Of a DNA stretch of 41,638 nt, positions 11,701 through 19,298 are shown piece by piece. This DNA comes from a bacterium (lineage in GTDB: Bacteria; JADJOY01). The stretch covers positions 62,001 through 103,638 of the forward strand of contig JAXLQJ010000023.1 of assembly GCA_046331705.1 (NCBI GenBank), given 5' to 3'. Made by a program: the position numbers and the translations under genes. How positions within the stretch are numbered: position 1 is the first letter of the stretch; each line of letters opens with the position of its first letter. The notes under the pieces are model-generated. The model was given only the letters and a program-made list of their open reading frames with translations. It was not told the DNA's origin and searched no databases.

Positions 11701-13953
11701 GCGATCGTATTGCTCGAAGCGCGTGTGATGGAGCGTGCGCTGGGCGCCGCAGCACACCGCCAGCTCGCATTCGCCGGCGCGCAGGGCCTCGAGCCCGGCG
11801 GCGAGGCTCGCGAGCCCGCTCGCCTCCTCGGCGTCCATGGCCGCGCACGGCCCCATGAAATCGAAGTGCTTCGAGATGCGGCTCGCGAGCGTGCTGCTCG
11901 AGAAGCTGCCGGCCTCGTCGGCGATCGGGAAGCGCTCCCGCAGTCGCGCGGCGCTCAGGGACAGCAGCGCCTTGCGCTCGCCGTCGGCGATGCCCGCCGC
12001 CGCGAGCTCGGCCTCCAAGTGACGCAACAGCTCGGGGGCGCGCAGGCCCAGGTTGAGGTCGCCGGTGAAGTCGCCGCCGAAGACCGAGCCCACGTAGACC
12101 GCCGTGCGGCGACGGTCGTCGCTGGTGAGCTGCTCCAGGCCAGCGAGGCGTAGCGCCTGCCCGACCGCGTCGAGCAGCATGAACTGAAGCGGATCGGCCT
12201 GTTCGAGCTGCTTGGGCGGGATCTTGAACGCGCGCCAATCGAGCTGCCAGCCGCGCACGAACCCGGCCCGCGCGTCGCGCACGCGGTACGGGCCGCCCTC
12301 GGGATTCACGTAGAGTCGCGCGTCCCAGCGCTCGGGATCGGGCTCGGCGAACGGCATCGGCTGGTCGCCGAGCGCCGCGAAGCGCTCGACGTCGAAGGCG
12401 CCCGGCAGCACCACGCCCACGCCGAGGACCACCACCGGCGACGGCGCGATCGAAGCGGCGGCGACGCGCGCCGTCGCCGCGGTGCTCGCGGTCTTCGCGG
12501 ACGCGCGTGCCTTCCGGCCCTTGGCGCGGGAGCGCGGGGCCGTGTCGAGCGGGCGTTCGACCACCACGTGATAGTTGAGGCCGCCGATGCCGAACGCATC
12601 GACCGCGGCGCGGCGCGGCTCGCCGTCGCGATCGGGCCACGGCTCGAGCGCGCGAAGCGGTCGAAACGGCACCTCGTCCCACGCGACCTCGGGCGTGAGG
12701 TTCACCAGGTTCGCCGTCGGCGGCACCGCGCCCTCGCGCATCGCCAGCAGCATCTTCACCAGCGCCGCGAGCCCCGCCGTCTCGCGGGTGTGACCGATGT
12801 TGCTCTTCGCCGAGCCGATCGGGCGCGGCGCCGCGGTCGTGCCGCCGAGTGCGGTGAATGCCTCGGTGAGGGCGCGGATCTCGGTGGCGTCGCCCACCTG
12901 CGTGCCGGTGGCGTGCGCCTCCACGACCTGCACGTCGGCGGGGCTCAGGCCGTCGTGATAGGCGCGGCGGATCGCTTCCACCTGCCCGGCTTGCAGCGGC
13001 GCCCAGAGGCTCTTGCCGCGGCCGTCGCAGCTTCCGCCGATGCCGCGCAGCACTCCCAGGATCGGGTGCCCCGCGGCGCGGGCCTCGGCCAGACGCTCGA
13101 CCAGGATCGCGGCATAGCCGTCCGAGCTCACGAAGCCGTCGGCGCGCGCGTCGAATGGGAAGCTGCCGGTGCGGCTCAGCGCCTGGGCCTGGCTGAAGAG
13201 CACCAGGCTCGACCATTGGTTGTAGCTGCAGCCGCCCACGATCGCCCGGTCGATCTCGCCGGCGTGGATGGCGCGAGCCGCGAGGTCGAGCGCCGCGAAG
13301 CTCGACGCGCACGCCGCGTCCACCGCCATGTACGGACCCGACGTGCGCAGCCGTCGCGCGATCCATCCGGCGGCGGCGTTGGGCTGGGTGAACGGCCCGC
13401 CGTCCTCGCGGATGCGCGGGAAGCGCTCTCGGGCGCCGCGGATCAAGCGCTCCGCGAGCTCGCCCGCGAGCGCCGCGGGCAGCGCGGCGAGCTCGGGCAG
13501 CGTGCGCAGGCTCGCGACCATCGACTCGATGCTGGTGGCGAAGCCGATGTCGCTGACCAGCGTGCTGCCGCGCGCGTGGCCCACGTAGACGCCCACGCGC
13601 CGTCCCGCGAGCGCTGCGGGGTCGACCCCGGCGTTGGCGAGCGCCGCCAGCACCGTGTCCAGGAACCAGAGGTGCGCGCGATCGGCGCTCGCGAGCTCGT
13701 CGGCGTCGAGGCCGAGACCGGATGGGTCGAAGTCCTCGTCCGGAACCGTGCCGCCGAGCTCGGTGTAGGTCTTGCCGGAGATCGCGGCGCCGGGCTGGAA
13801 GTAGAGCGCGCGGTCGAGGCGTGACTGCGGCAACGGACCGATCGCGCTGCGTCCGTCCCGCAGCAGCTCCCAATACGCGTCGAGGTTCGCCGCCCCCGGT
13901 AGGCGGGCGGCCATTCCCACGATTGCCAGGGGCTCAGCGTCGAGTCGGTGCAC
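5704..13953 (-). CDS. Iterative type I PKS / PfaA-like synthase: KS - inactive KS (CLF-like) - AT - ACP - C45 Ntn-hydrolase/acyltransferase - KR - DH
   Basis: KS: DAACASS (Cys 13309-13311), EAHATGT, NIGHT. Second KS has DAEEASG. AT: GQGSQ, GHSYG, PFHS. ACP: LGIDSIK (Ser 9526-9528). C45-like: 'AAGCTQLAV...LLHGANED'. KR: GGGRGVT, YSLAS. DH: 'FLVDHCFERQPILP' and 'LDGC'. GTG start at 13953 follows GGAGAAAGG. Confidence 0.92.
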   Translation of the reverse strand: MHRLDAEPLAIVGMAARLPGAANLDAYWELLRDGRSAIGPLPQSRLDRALYFQPGAAISGKTYTELGGTVPDEDFDPSGLGLDADELASADRAHLWFLDTVLAALANAGVDPAALAGRRVGVYVGHARGSTLVSDIGFATSIESMVASLRTLPELAALPAALAGELAERLIRGARERFPRIREDGGPFTQPNAAAGWIARRLRTSGPYMAVDAACASSFAALDLAARAIHAGEIDRAIVGGCSYNQWSSLVLFSQAQALSRTGSFPFDARADGFVSSDGYAAILVERLAEARAAGHPILGVLRGIGGSCDGRGKSLWAPLQAGQVEAIRRAYHDGLSPADVQVVEAHATGTQVGDATEIRALTEAFTALGGTTAAPRPIGSAKSNIGHTRETAGLAALVKMLLAMREGAVPPTANLVNLTPEVAWDEVPFRPLRALEPWPDRDGEPRRAAVDAFGIGGLNYHVVVERPLDTAPRSRAKGRKARASAKTASTAATARVAAASIAPSPVVVLGVGVVLPGAFDVERFAALGDQPMPFAEPDPERWDARLYVNPEGGPYRVRDARAGFVRGWQLDWRAFKIPPKQLEQADPLQFMLLDAVGQALRLAGLEQLTSDDRRRTAVYVGSVFGGDFTGDLNLGLRAPELLRHLEAELAAAGIADGERKALLSLSAARLRERFPIADEAGSFSSSTLASRISKHFDFMGPCAAMDAEEASGLASLAAGLEALRAGECELAVCCGAQRTLHHTRFEQYDRMGRLAGPGGGEFRLAEGAVALLLARADSPLAAERQAYALLGDVSAASSRDGALAALGDAVARAAARDGATPPALVARFGSAASAAAATEERLHARNGGDAPALAISPVDRLGMTQGASGLVALVDSLAVATRREHELARAPGSSGVPIAVHALGLRGLAYHASVEARVEPWRALVARAAPSGVEVVAAAPQGPRLVRLGAESREALATRIRALLADPALAWELAARETRFGERDAWRLAIVASEPEALRTKLASVREAPDSHALASALHEQGVFLHARPAATPGLAFAFSGQGSQYAGMLRGLVDGYPVTRTVLEELDRELARIGEPSFAEIAWSDEGAERLGQDTWRTQISVFAADLLVHRVLASLGVVPSVVFGHSYGEYPALVATGAWSLATGLRATHGRCRALDALGAPRGKLVSTSASPEQIAALVAALSGRGFVAPANYNSPEQTVLAVETALVGQVVTLIEATGEVARVLPVPQPFHSALLADAKPALATVLAESSLAPPRVPLLSGIGNEYVAEPSVIRARLVDQLTEPLRFVEMVRRAYADGARVFVEVGPRTVLTRLIRSILKSEPVAVVCCDHPKVPAVEQLLRVRALLETQDLWPAAHAPSAAAGGAAAGASGVWPYARTRELPAPSVAPIPHFDATQRRRTRVAQAHDANRTHAAPSAARATQAADAPAPAPASGLSEIEALLVKFVCEQTGYPPEVVTLDQDLEADLGIDSIKKARLLGELRDQFRIQMPSGGGGGASLAQFVTLRDIARFLTEKALLPHAAGGATASGTSAAGAATAGAATAAPSSLERELVLAVHGDDRAMGRRHGERFAGAIHATLRRFQELLGVRSANELPLAREALGQQAAYYDEAALDEMRGIAEGAHVSAESIIALNLAMEPQFDAAGCTQLAVTSAANGGGPLLHGANEDSPAGLRLGNEMVRAVLVRDPQGAPRDGEPDRIRAAVLGVAGQVGGINGTNARGLTVSSTMLLDRPRDLSALGRVHPLLVLRILEQASTLDEALAIVEAWPRVGAWSVLLSHRDTDALAYLEYDGPTLAVRRDVDRILTTNHSLLLEGGEAIPEHSRHRFERARALLPEGPITPQQVQALLRDRFDLARGREVRHCTMNTVCRVDNQASFVRACGADVDTFEVTPGPRHGADAERFLHFEPSRWWQDAHATESAAARAGRRMRRWVLRSLPATPEARPRAQLARLATWVVGSDAVASAVAHALGEAGSEVRAVGDPTRVLDESPAPGRLVWVLPCEPSDTWTSPDASERRRRVEQHVLAPFQWVQRWAVALRERDALAGAELVALTRLGGDLGFGTAREIEPAGGAATGLWKALRRELPGLRVKVVDCAGIEPPAVMAQSVVAALSSDDDRVETAWVRGRHQELRMVPRELPALPPPCANAGATPRGAWIVTGGGRGVTAHVARAIAVQLGVHLHLVGSTPLAPVPDEWLALDAAGRRELRPRIVAEARARGEDPERAWDALTRRIDLHQTLAGHRAAGVAYSYHAADVTDAEAVERMLAAVRAGELPVRGILHGAGIEAASDFARKTPAQVRATVESKVLGLQHLLALTAGDEIEHVIGFGSVSGRFGGLGQADYSLASDLLAKLVTAHRRRTGVAGCTFHWPAWDEVGMAVRPESRFALEASGQTFMPVAEGCEHVLRELAAGLPENEVVILDRATLLDLDRTAPAPELDRALDGSVAATRRTAIVDGLVEEQPALRIADVTFDPTRDRFLVDHCFERQPILPAVVGLETLVEAALLDRAPGTAVLVENASIESGLRFRNRAPQRLRVEVVAHGHDRWRASLRGDFISKVGKLGEPDRIYQSAEIGLADAVTRPTDLPPPPADLDWWDMSYPASPEDCEPGRVYHGPALRTLGRVGVSGERAWGELLAPAPTALRPTRPHAEWRVPSAILDGCLVVCGVYARLALSATSLPSGFARLVLLALPDEAEPCLVAARFRERTESHLFFDFQLRTAAGRLVAWAEGYRVEVLDPAGGMP

Positions 13954-14086
13954 CGAAGGATGCCTTTCTCCGAGATCGCGAGGATCCGGATCGCAGCGCG
14001 TCGCGCGTCGCGCGGGACCCATCGGCGCACGGCGTCGCAACCCAACATCGTAGGCACCTCGGACCTCGCGATGCCAGCGCTTTCTG

Positions 14087-14115
14087 TTGGTGAGTCAATC
14101 CTAAGTATCTAAAAT
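14087..14115 (+). promoter_or_regulatory. Possible sigma70-type promoter in the AT-rich divergent intergenic region
   Basis: TTGGTG-17 nt-TAAAAT in the only AT-rich patch between the PKS and acyltransferase starts. Confidence 0.3.
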
Positions 14116-14290
14116 CTCGGCGGTTTTCGTCGTCGTTCCGAGCTGGATCCGGATCGGATCGAGGTTTGGCCCGAACGATGAACCGCGCGTGGGCTAGGTG
14201 GGACTACCGATCCGCGGTGCGGCCGATTCGGCGCGTCGTTCGCTCGCGCGGGCGATTGCCAGGCGCGCGGCGGCCGACGAAGTTCGCCGC

Positions 14291-15520
14291 ATGGGCGGCG
14301 TGGAGCGGTCGGGCAGCGGACGCGATCCGACCCTCGACGTCTTGCGCGGCCTCACGATCGCCGCGGTCACCGCGTACCACTTCCACGCGGATACCCGCGG
14401 GCTCGCGCTGCCGCCGGATCTGCCGCACGCGTTCCTGGCGGCGGTGCGGGCGCACGATCCGCGCGGCGCGCTGGGCACCGTCGCGCGCATCTGCGTCGCC
14501 GCGCCGGCGTATCGGCTCGATCTCTTCTTGTTCGTGACCGGCGTGGTGCTGGCGCGCGCGCCGCGCCGGCCGACGGTCGAGCTCTGGAAGCGTCGCGCTC
14601 GCGACGTGCTGCCCAACTACTGGCTCGGGAGCGTCGCGGTCGCGGCGGTGCTGGTGGTGCTCGCCGCACTTCGCAGCGCGCTGCTCGGCACGCCGCTCGG
14701 GAACGAGATCCACGACGGCACGCGGCTGGCGCGCGCTCCCTACGTGTTCGACGCGCTGGACCTGGCGCGCTCGCTCGCGGTGCTGGGTCGTTTCGAGGAC
14801 GTGCGCTGCTTCCAGGTGGTGGCGCCCTCGATGTGGTACGTGCTGCTGCTGCTGCAGGCGTATCTGCTCTTCCCGGCGCTGCGTGCGCTTCGTGATCGCG
14901 TCGGCGCGCCGGCCTTCCTCGCGGCGGTGCTGGCGCTCACCGCGCTCGGGCGCTGGCTCGTGTTCCGCTTCGATCCGCTCGCGCGCTTCGGGCCCAATCC
15001 CACCGTCCTCTACTTCATCCCGTTTCGTCTCGCGCCGGTGGCGCTCGGGATGGTCGCGAGCGCTGGGATGGGGCGGGCATGGCGCGCGCCGCGGCGCGCG
15101 CTCGCCTACGCGATCGCCCTGCCTGCGCTCGCGTGGGTCGCGATCACGTTCGGCCTCGCGGCGCGCTCGAATCAGCCAGGGACGCTCGCGGGTGTGGTTG
15201 GCCCGGTGGCGCCGCTCGCGCTCGGGATTCCCGCGCTGCTGTGGCTGGCGCTCGCTGCGCGGCTCACGCCGGGGCTGGGGGCGGGGCTCGGCTGGGCGGG
15301 CCAGCACTCGCTCTCGATCCTGGTCGTGCAGGACGCGCTGCGACTCGTCGTGGGAACGCTGGTGCGCTTCGACGTGACGCTCGAACGCTGGTTCTGGGTG
15401 CTGCTGGTCCCGTATCTGGGAGCGAGCGCGCTGCTGGCGCGTGGCTGGGATCCGCTCGCGGCGCGCTTTCGCGACCGGATCTGGCCCCTCCCGCCGCGCT
15501 CGCCGCGAGCCTCCGCGTGA
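14291..15520 (+). CDS. Acyltransferase family 3 (OafA/YrhL-like) membrane protein
   Basis: 'RDPTLDVLRGLTIAAVTAYH', 'LDLFLFVTG', 'KRRARDVLPNYW', 'MWYVLLLLQAYLLFP', 'GQHSLSILVVQ'; about 10 TM helices. Confidence 0.8.
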   Translation: MGGVERSGSGRDPTLDVLRGLTIAAVTAYHFHADTRGLALPPDLPHAFLAAVRAHDPRGALGTVARICVAAPAYRLDLFLFVTGVVLARAPRRPTVELWKRRARDVLPNYWLGSVAVAAVLVVLAALRSALLGTPLGNEIHDGTRLARAPYVFDALDLARSLAVLGRFEDVRCFQVVAPSMWYVLLLLQAYLLFPALRALRDRVGAPAFLAAVLALTALGRWLVFRFDPLARFGPNPTVLYFIPFRLAPVALGMVASAGMGRAWRAPRRALAYAIALPALAWVAITFGLAARSNQPGTLAGVVGPVAPLALGIPALLWLALAARLTPGLGAGLGWAGQHSLSILVVQDALRLVVGTLVRFDVTLERWFWVLLVPYLGASALLARGWDPLAARFRDRIWPLPPRSPRASA

Positions 15521-15546
15521 CGCGCGAGCAGCGTCGAGTCGCGCGG

Positions 15547-16227
15547 TCAGCGAGCGGGCCGGGCGAGATAGACGACGTAACGGCGCGCGCCACGCGCCGG
15601 GTGCGCGACCTCGACGGTGAAGCCGGCAGCGCGCAGGCGGCGTTCGAACGACGCCACCGGCCCTTCCGACCACACCGCGAGGACTCCGCGGGGCGCGAGC
15701 GCCCCGCTTGCTCGCGCCAGCGCCGCCGCGCCGAAGACGTGATCGTCGGTGGGATCGCCGCTGCCCGGCCGCGGGCCTTCGAAGAGATCGAGCACGATGG
15801 CGTCGAAGCGCGGCGCCGGCGCGGTGCTGGCGCGGGCGATCACCTGGGCGACGTCGCCGAGCGCCAGCGTGACGCGCGGGTCGTCGAGGACGTTCGCGGT
15901 GAGCGCCGCCAGCGGGCCGCGCACCCAGCGCGCCACGGCCTCGTGCAGCTCGGCCACCACCACCGCCGCGCCCGGCGGTAGCGCGTCGAGCGCGGCGCGC
16001 AGCGTGTAGCCCATGCCGAGCCCCGCCACCAGCACGCGCGGCGCGGCGATCCCCGCGAGCGACTGGCACGCGAGCGCCCCGAGAGCTTGCTCCGAGCGCT
16101 GCTGCGTGCTCGTCATGAGCACGCGCCCGTCGCGCAGGATCAGGTAGTCGCGCTCGCCCCGCTCCCGGAGCTCGAGCGCGCCGTCGCCGGTCTCGACGCG
16201 CTCGAGGGTGCGCCAGGGGCGAGCCAT
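15547..16227 (-). CDS. Spermidine synthase-like SAM-dependent transferase
   Basis: 'VLMTS...SEQALG', 'RVLVAGLGMGYTL', 'VVVAEL', 'FDAIVLDL'. Confidence 0.85.
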   Translation of the reverse strand: MARPWRTLERVETGDGALELRERGERDYLILRDGRVLMTSTQQRSEQALGALACQSLAGIAAPRVLVAGLGMGYTLRAALDALPPGAAVVVAELHEAVARWVRGPLAALTANVLDDPRVTLALGDVAQVIARASTAPAPRFDAIVLDLFEGPRPGSGDPTDDHVFGAAALARASGALAPRGVLAVWSEGPVASFERRLRAAGFTVEVAHPARGARRYVVYLARPAR

Positions 16228-16237
16228 GTCGAGCGCT

Positions 16238-16786
16238 TCACCGCCCGAGGATCTCGGCGAGATCGATGCTGGGCGGCTTGCGCTCGAGCTTCTCGATCAG
16301 GAGCGGGCGCACCATGTCCATCTTGAGGCGGAGCGGTTCGAGCACCTCGTCGCCCAGCTCGTCGACGACGGCGATGACGTGGCTCAGGTCGAAGAGATCG
16401 ATCTGCTCCGACCACTGGTAGTTGCCGGCGTAGCGGAACCAGCTCGAGCCCATGCACTCGTAGAAGGTGCCGTCCGGGCGCTTGCCGGGGCCGCGGTTGG
16501 TCCAACGCGCCATGACCTCGCCTTTCACGTGGTCGATGACCGTGGCGAGATACGGGAAGCTCCAGTTGTCGAAGCCCATCATGTCCGCGCCCAGCGCGGT
16601 TTCCTTGATGCGGTCGATGCCGCGTGCCACCAGCCGGTGGAGTGGGCCGATGTCGTAGGTGTAGACGGCGTCGGGCGTGTAGAAGGGCGCGAGCAGCGCC
16701 CAGTTGGCGGTGGCACGGGCCTCGGCGTTGGCGGCGAGCCAGCGCTCGACCATCTCTTCCATCTCGCGACGGGGAAACTCGGGCAT
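16238..16786 (-). CDS. NTF2/SnoaL-like protein, similar to mycobacterial Rv0762c
   Basis: 'EMEEMVERWLAANAEARATANWALLAPFYTPDAVYTYDIGP...ALGADMMGFDNWSFPY...GSSWFRYAGNYQWSEQIDLFD'; RBS GAGGAG. Confidence 0.8.
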   Translation of the reverse strand: MPEFPRREMEEMVERWLAANAEARATANWALLAPFYTPDAVYTYDIGPLHRLVARGIDRIKETALGADMMGFDNWSFPYLATVIDHVKGEVMARWTNRGPGKRPDGTFYECMGSSWFRYAGNYQWSEQIDLFDLSHVIAVVDELGDEVLEPLRLKMDMVRPLLIEKLERKPPSIDLAEILGR

Positions 16787-16818
16787 GGGTGCGTCTCCTC
16801 TTCTCGGGGCGTGGTGAG

Positions 16819-17517
16819 TCAACGGGTGGCGGGGCGGTGCGGTCTCGCAGCGCGGGCGCGCACGGCGCCTTGGCGGCGAGCCTTCTCGGGCGCGACGAAG
16901 GTGCGGCGGAAATGGCGGTGCACGCGCTCCACGAGCTCGCTGGCCGAGAGCTTCATGCCGTGCTCGAGCCAGTCGGCGAGGTGGACCTGGTGCATGGCGA
17001 TCATCATCTTGGCGAGCAGCTCGGGATCCTCGTCGATCACCTGACCGGCGTCGATCGCGTCGCGGAAGATCTGGGTGGCGAGCTCGAAGCCCTGCCGCCA
17101 CGCCGCGTACTGCTCGCTCTGCTCGTGGGCTTCCGGCGAGGGGCCGAGCGCCCACGCGATCCCGTGCCGTACCTGCATGCGCAGGTAGTCGGGATGGGCC
17201 ACGAAGAACTCGATGTACACGCCGATCCCCGCGAGCAGCACCTCGAGCGGTGTCGCCTCGCGGGCGGTGGCCTCGCGCGCTCGTTCCAGGAGCTCGGCGC
17301 CGCGCTCCTCTTGAAGGGCGGCGTGCAGCTCGCGCTTGCCGGGGAACACGCCGTAGAGCGAGCCCACCGAGAGCCCGGCCTCTTGGGCGATGTCCTGGAT
17401 CTTGGTGGGGTCGTAGCCGGCGCGCGCGAAGCAGCGCTCGGCGGCGTCGAGGATCAACCGCCGATAGAGATCGGTGCGCGCTTGTCGGGCGGCGTCGAGG
17501 GCGCGTGCGCGAGCCAT
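16819..17517 (-). CDS. TetR/AcrR family transcriptional regulator
   Basis: HTH 'ILDAAERCFARAGYDPTKIQDIAQEAGLSVGSLYGVFPGKRELH'. Confidence 0.9.
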   Translation of the reverse strand: MARARALDAARQARTDLYRRLILDAAERCFARAGYDPTKIQDIAQEAGLSVGSLYGVFPGKRELHAALQEERGAELLERAREATAREATPLEVLLAGIGVYIEFFVAHPDYLRMQVRHGIAWALGPSPEAHEQSEQYAAWRQGFELATQIFRDAIDAGQVIDEDPELLAKMMIAMHQVHLADWLEHGMKLSASELVERVHRHFRRTFVAPEKARRQGAVRARAARPHRPATR

Positions 17518-17520
17518 GCG

Positions 17521-17578
17521 TGAATCACCATTTCACAAAACGATTGACGGTTCAATAATACGAGAGCATATTCGAAAC
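17521..17578. promoter_or_regulatory. Divergent promoter region with candidate TetR operators
   Basis: Palindrome ATTGA-CGGT-TCAAT (17543-17556) overlaps TTGACG(-35)-17 nt-CATATT(-10, 17567-17572). Second inverted repeat TGAA-N7-TTCA at 17521-17535. Confidence 0.6.
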
Positions 17579-18994
17579 ATGGTCGAGGTCGCTGCAACTC
17601 CGCCGGCCGCCGTGCCGTCGTCCTCGCAGCCGGGGCCTGCGCTGGGTTCCGCGTTGGGGCCGCCCACGCCGATTCCGCGACTCAAGGGCGGGCTGCCGCT
17701 GCTCGGGCGGATGCTGGATCTCGGCAAGGACCCGCTCGCGATCTTTCAGCAAGCAATCGAACGCCACGGCGAGGTCGCCGCCCTGCCGCTCGCCCTCGGC
17801 AAGGAGCTGGTGCTGCTCTCGGGCACCGAGGCGCAGCAGTTCTTCTTCTACGACGCCGACGAGCAGCTCTCGCAGAAAGAGGCCTACAAATTCTCGGTGC
17901 CGGTCTTCGGCGAGGGCGTCGTCTACGACACGACGCCCGAGCGGATGCTGGAGCAGATCGGCTTCGCGTTGCCGGCGCTGCAGGACCGCACCATGCGGAC
18001 GTACGCGCCGAAGATGGTCCAGGAGATCGAGGCGTTCGTGGAGCGTCTCGGCGAGCGCGGCGAGGTCGATCTCCTGGAGGCGATGAAGGAGCTCTCGATC
18101 TACATCGCGAGCCGCTGTCTCCTGGGTCACGAGATCCGCGAGCGGCTCGACGGCGAGTTCGCGCATCTCTTCGTCGATCTGGAGAAGGGGCTCAATCCGT
18201 TCGCGTTCCTGTGGCCCAACGCGCCGCTGCCGGCGTTCCGCCGTCGCGACAAGGCGCGGGCGCGGCTCTCCCAGCTCATCGGCGGCATCGTCGAGGAGCG
18301 CATTCGCAAGGGCGAGCGCCACGACGACATGCTCCAATGCCTGATCGACGCCCGCTATTCCGACGGCGCCAAGCTCACGCCGCACGAGATCGCGGGCCTC
18401 TTGATCGTGATCCTCTTCGCCGGTCACCACACCAGCTCGACGACCGCCGCATGGGTGGGCGTGGAGCTGCACCGCAATCCGGCGGCGCTCGAGCCGGTGC
18501 TCGCCGAGGTGCGCGCCAGCGTCGCCACCGGCAAACCCCTCGACTACTACGCCGTGCGCTCCATGGATCACATCGATTGGAGCGTGAAGGAGACGCTGCG
18601 GCTCCACCCGCCGCTCATCATGTTGATGCGCGGGGTGATACAGGACCTGCGCTACAAGAGCTGGGTGTTTCCGAAGGGCACGTTCCTGCTGGTGAGCCCG
18701 CTCGCGTCGGGGCGGCTCGCGAGTGTCTTCCCCGATCCGGATGCGTTTCGCCCCGAACGATTCGCGCCGCCGGATCCCGTGGACAAGATCCCGTTCGCCT
18801 GGATTCCGTTCGGCGGCGGACGGCACCGCTGCCGCGGCATCTCGTTCGCGCTCAATCAGATCAAGACCATCTGGGCGCGGCTGCTGCACCACTTCGAGAT
18901 CGAGCTGGTGGAGCAGGACTACCCGCCCGACTACCAGGCGATGGTGGTCGGCCCCAAGCACCCGGCCCGAATCCGCTATCGTCGGATCGCCTGA
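17579..18994 (+). CDS. cyp51: Cytochrome P450 of the CYP51 (sterol 14-alpha-demethylase) family
   Basis: CYP51-type 'LSQKEAYKFSVPVFGEGVVYD', I-helix 'FAGHHTSS', 'KETLRLHPPLIMLMR', heme motif 'WIPFGGGRHRCRG'. Confidence 0.88.
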   Translation: MVEVAATPPAAVPSSSQPGPALGSALGPPTPIPRLKGGLPLLGRMLDLGKDPLAIFQQAIERHGEVAALPLALGKELVLLSGTEAQQFFFYDADEQLSQKEAYKFSVPVFGEGVVYDTTPERMLEQIGFALPALQDRTMRTYAPKMVQEIEAFVERLGERGEVDLLEAMKELSIYIASRCLLGHEIRERLDGEFAHLFVDLEKGLNPFAFLWPNAPLPAFRRRDKARARLSQLIGGIVEERIRKGERHDDMLQCLIDARYSDGAKLTPHEIAGLLIVILFAGHHTSSTTAAWVGVELHRNPAALEPVLAEVRASVATGKPLDYYAVRSMDHIDWSVKETLRLHPPLIMLMRGVIQDLRYKSWVFPKGTFLLVSPLASGRLASVFPDPDAFRPERFAPPDPVDKIPFAWIPFGGGRHRCRGISFALNQIKTIWARLLHHFEIELVEQDYPPDYQAMVVGPKHPARIRYRRIA

Positions 18995-19027
18995 TCGAGC
19001 CCGAAAGTCACGCGAGGTCGCGGCCGG

Positions 19028-19222
19028 ATGCGAATCGTCGTCAACCCCGTCCTCTGCCAGTCCCACGGCGCCTGCGCCGAAGAAGCGCCCGAGGTCTTCG
19101 AGGTCCAGGGCGCCACCACCGTGAAGATCAAGCAAGCGACGGTGCCGCCCGAGCTGCTCGAACCCGTGAGAGCCGCCGTCCGTTTCTGCCCCACCGGTGC
19201 GCTGAAGCTCGTCGAGGAGTGA
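19028..19222 (+). CDS. [3Fe-4S]-type ferredoxin, P450 partner
   Basis: CQSHGAC...CPTGAL (His in place of the second Cys), directly after the P450. Confidence 0.9.
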   Translation: MRIVVNPVLCQSHGACAEEAPEVFEVQGATTVKIKQATVPPELLEPVRAAVRFCPTGALKLVEE

Positions 19223-19298
19223 CCGGCGCGGCTCGCTGCGAGGGCCGCTGCGGCTGGCGCTTGACCCGGTTGCATCGCGGCTCTAGCGTGAGCCAGTC

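Noticed and set aside
5704-13953. Canonical PUFA synthase or enediyne PKS cluster
   Set aside because: Single ACP, no PfaD or FabA-like DH partner, and no enediyne thioesterase cassette in the window.
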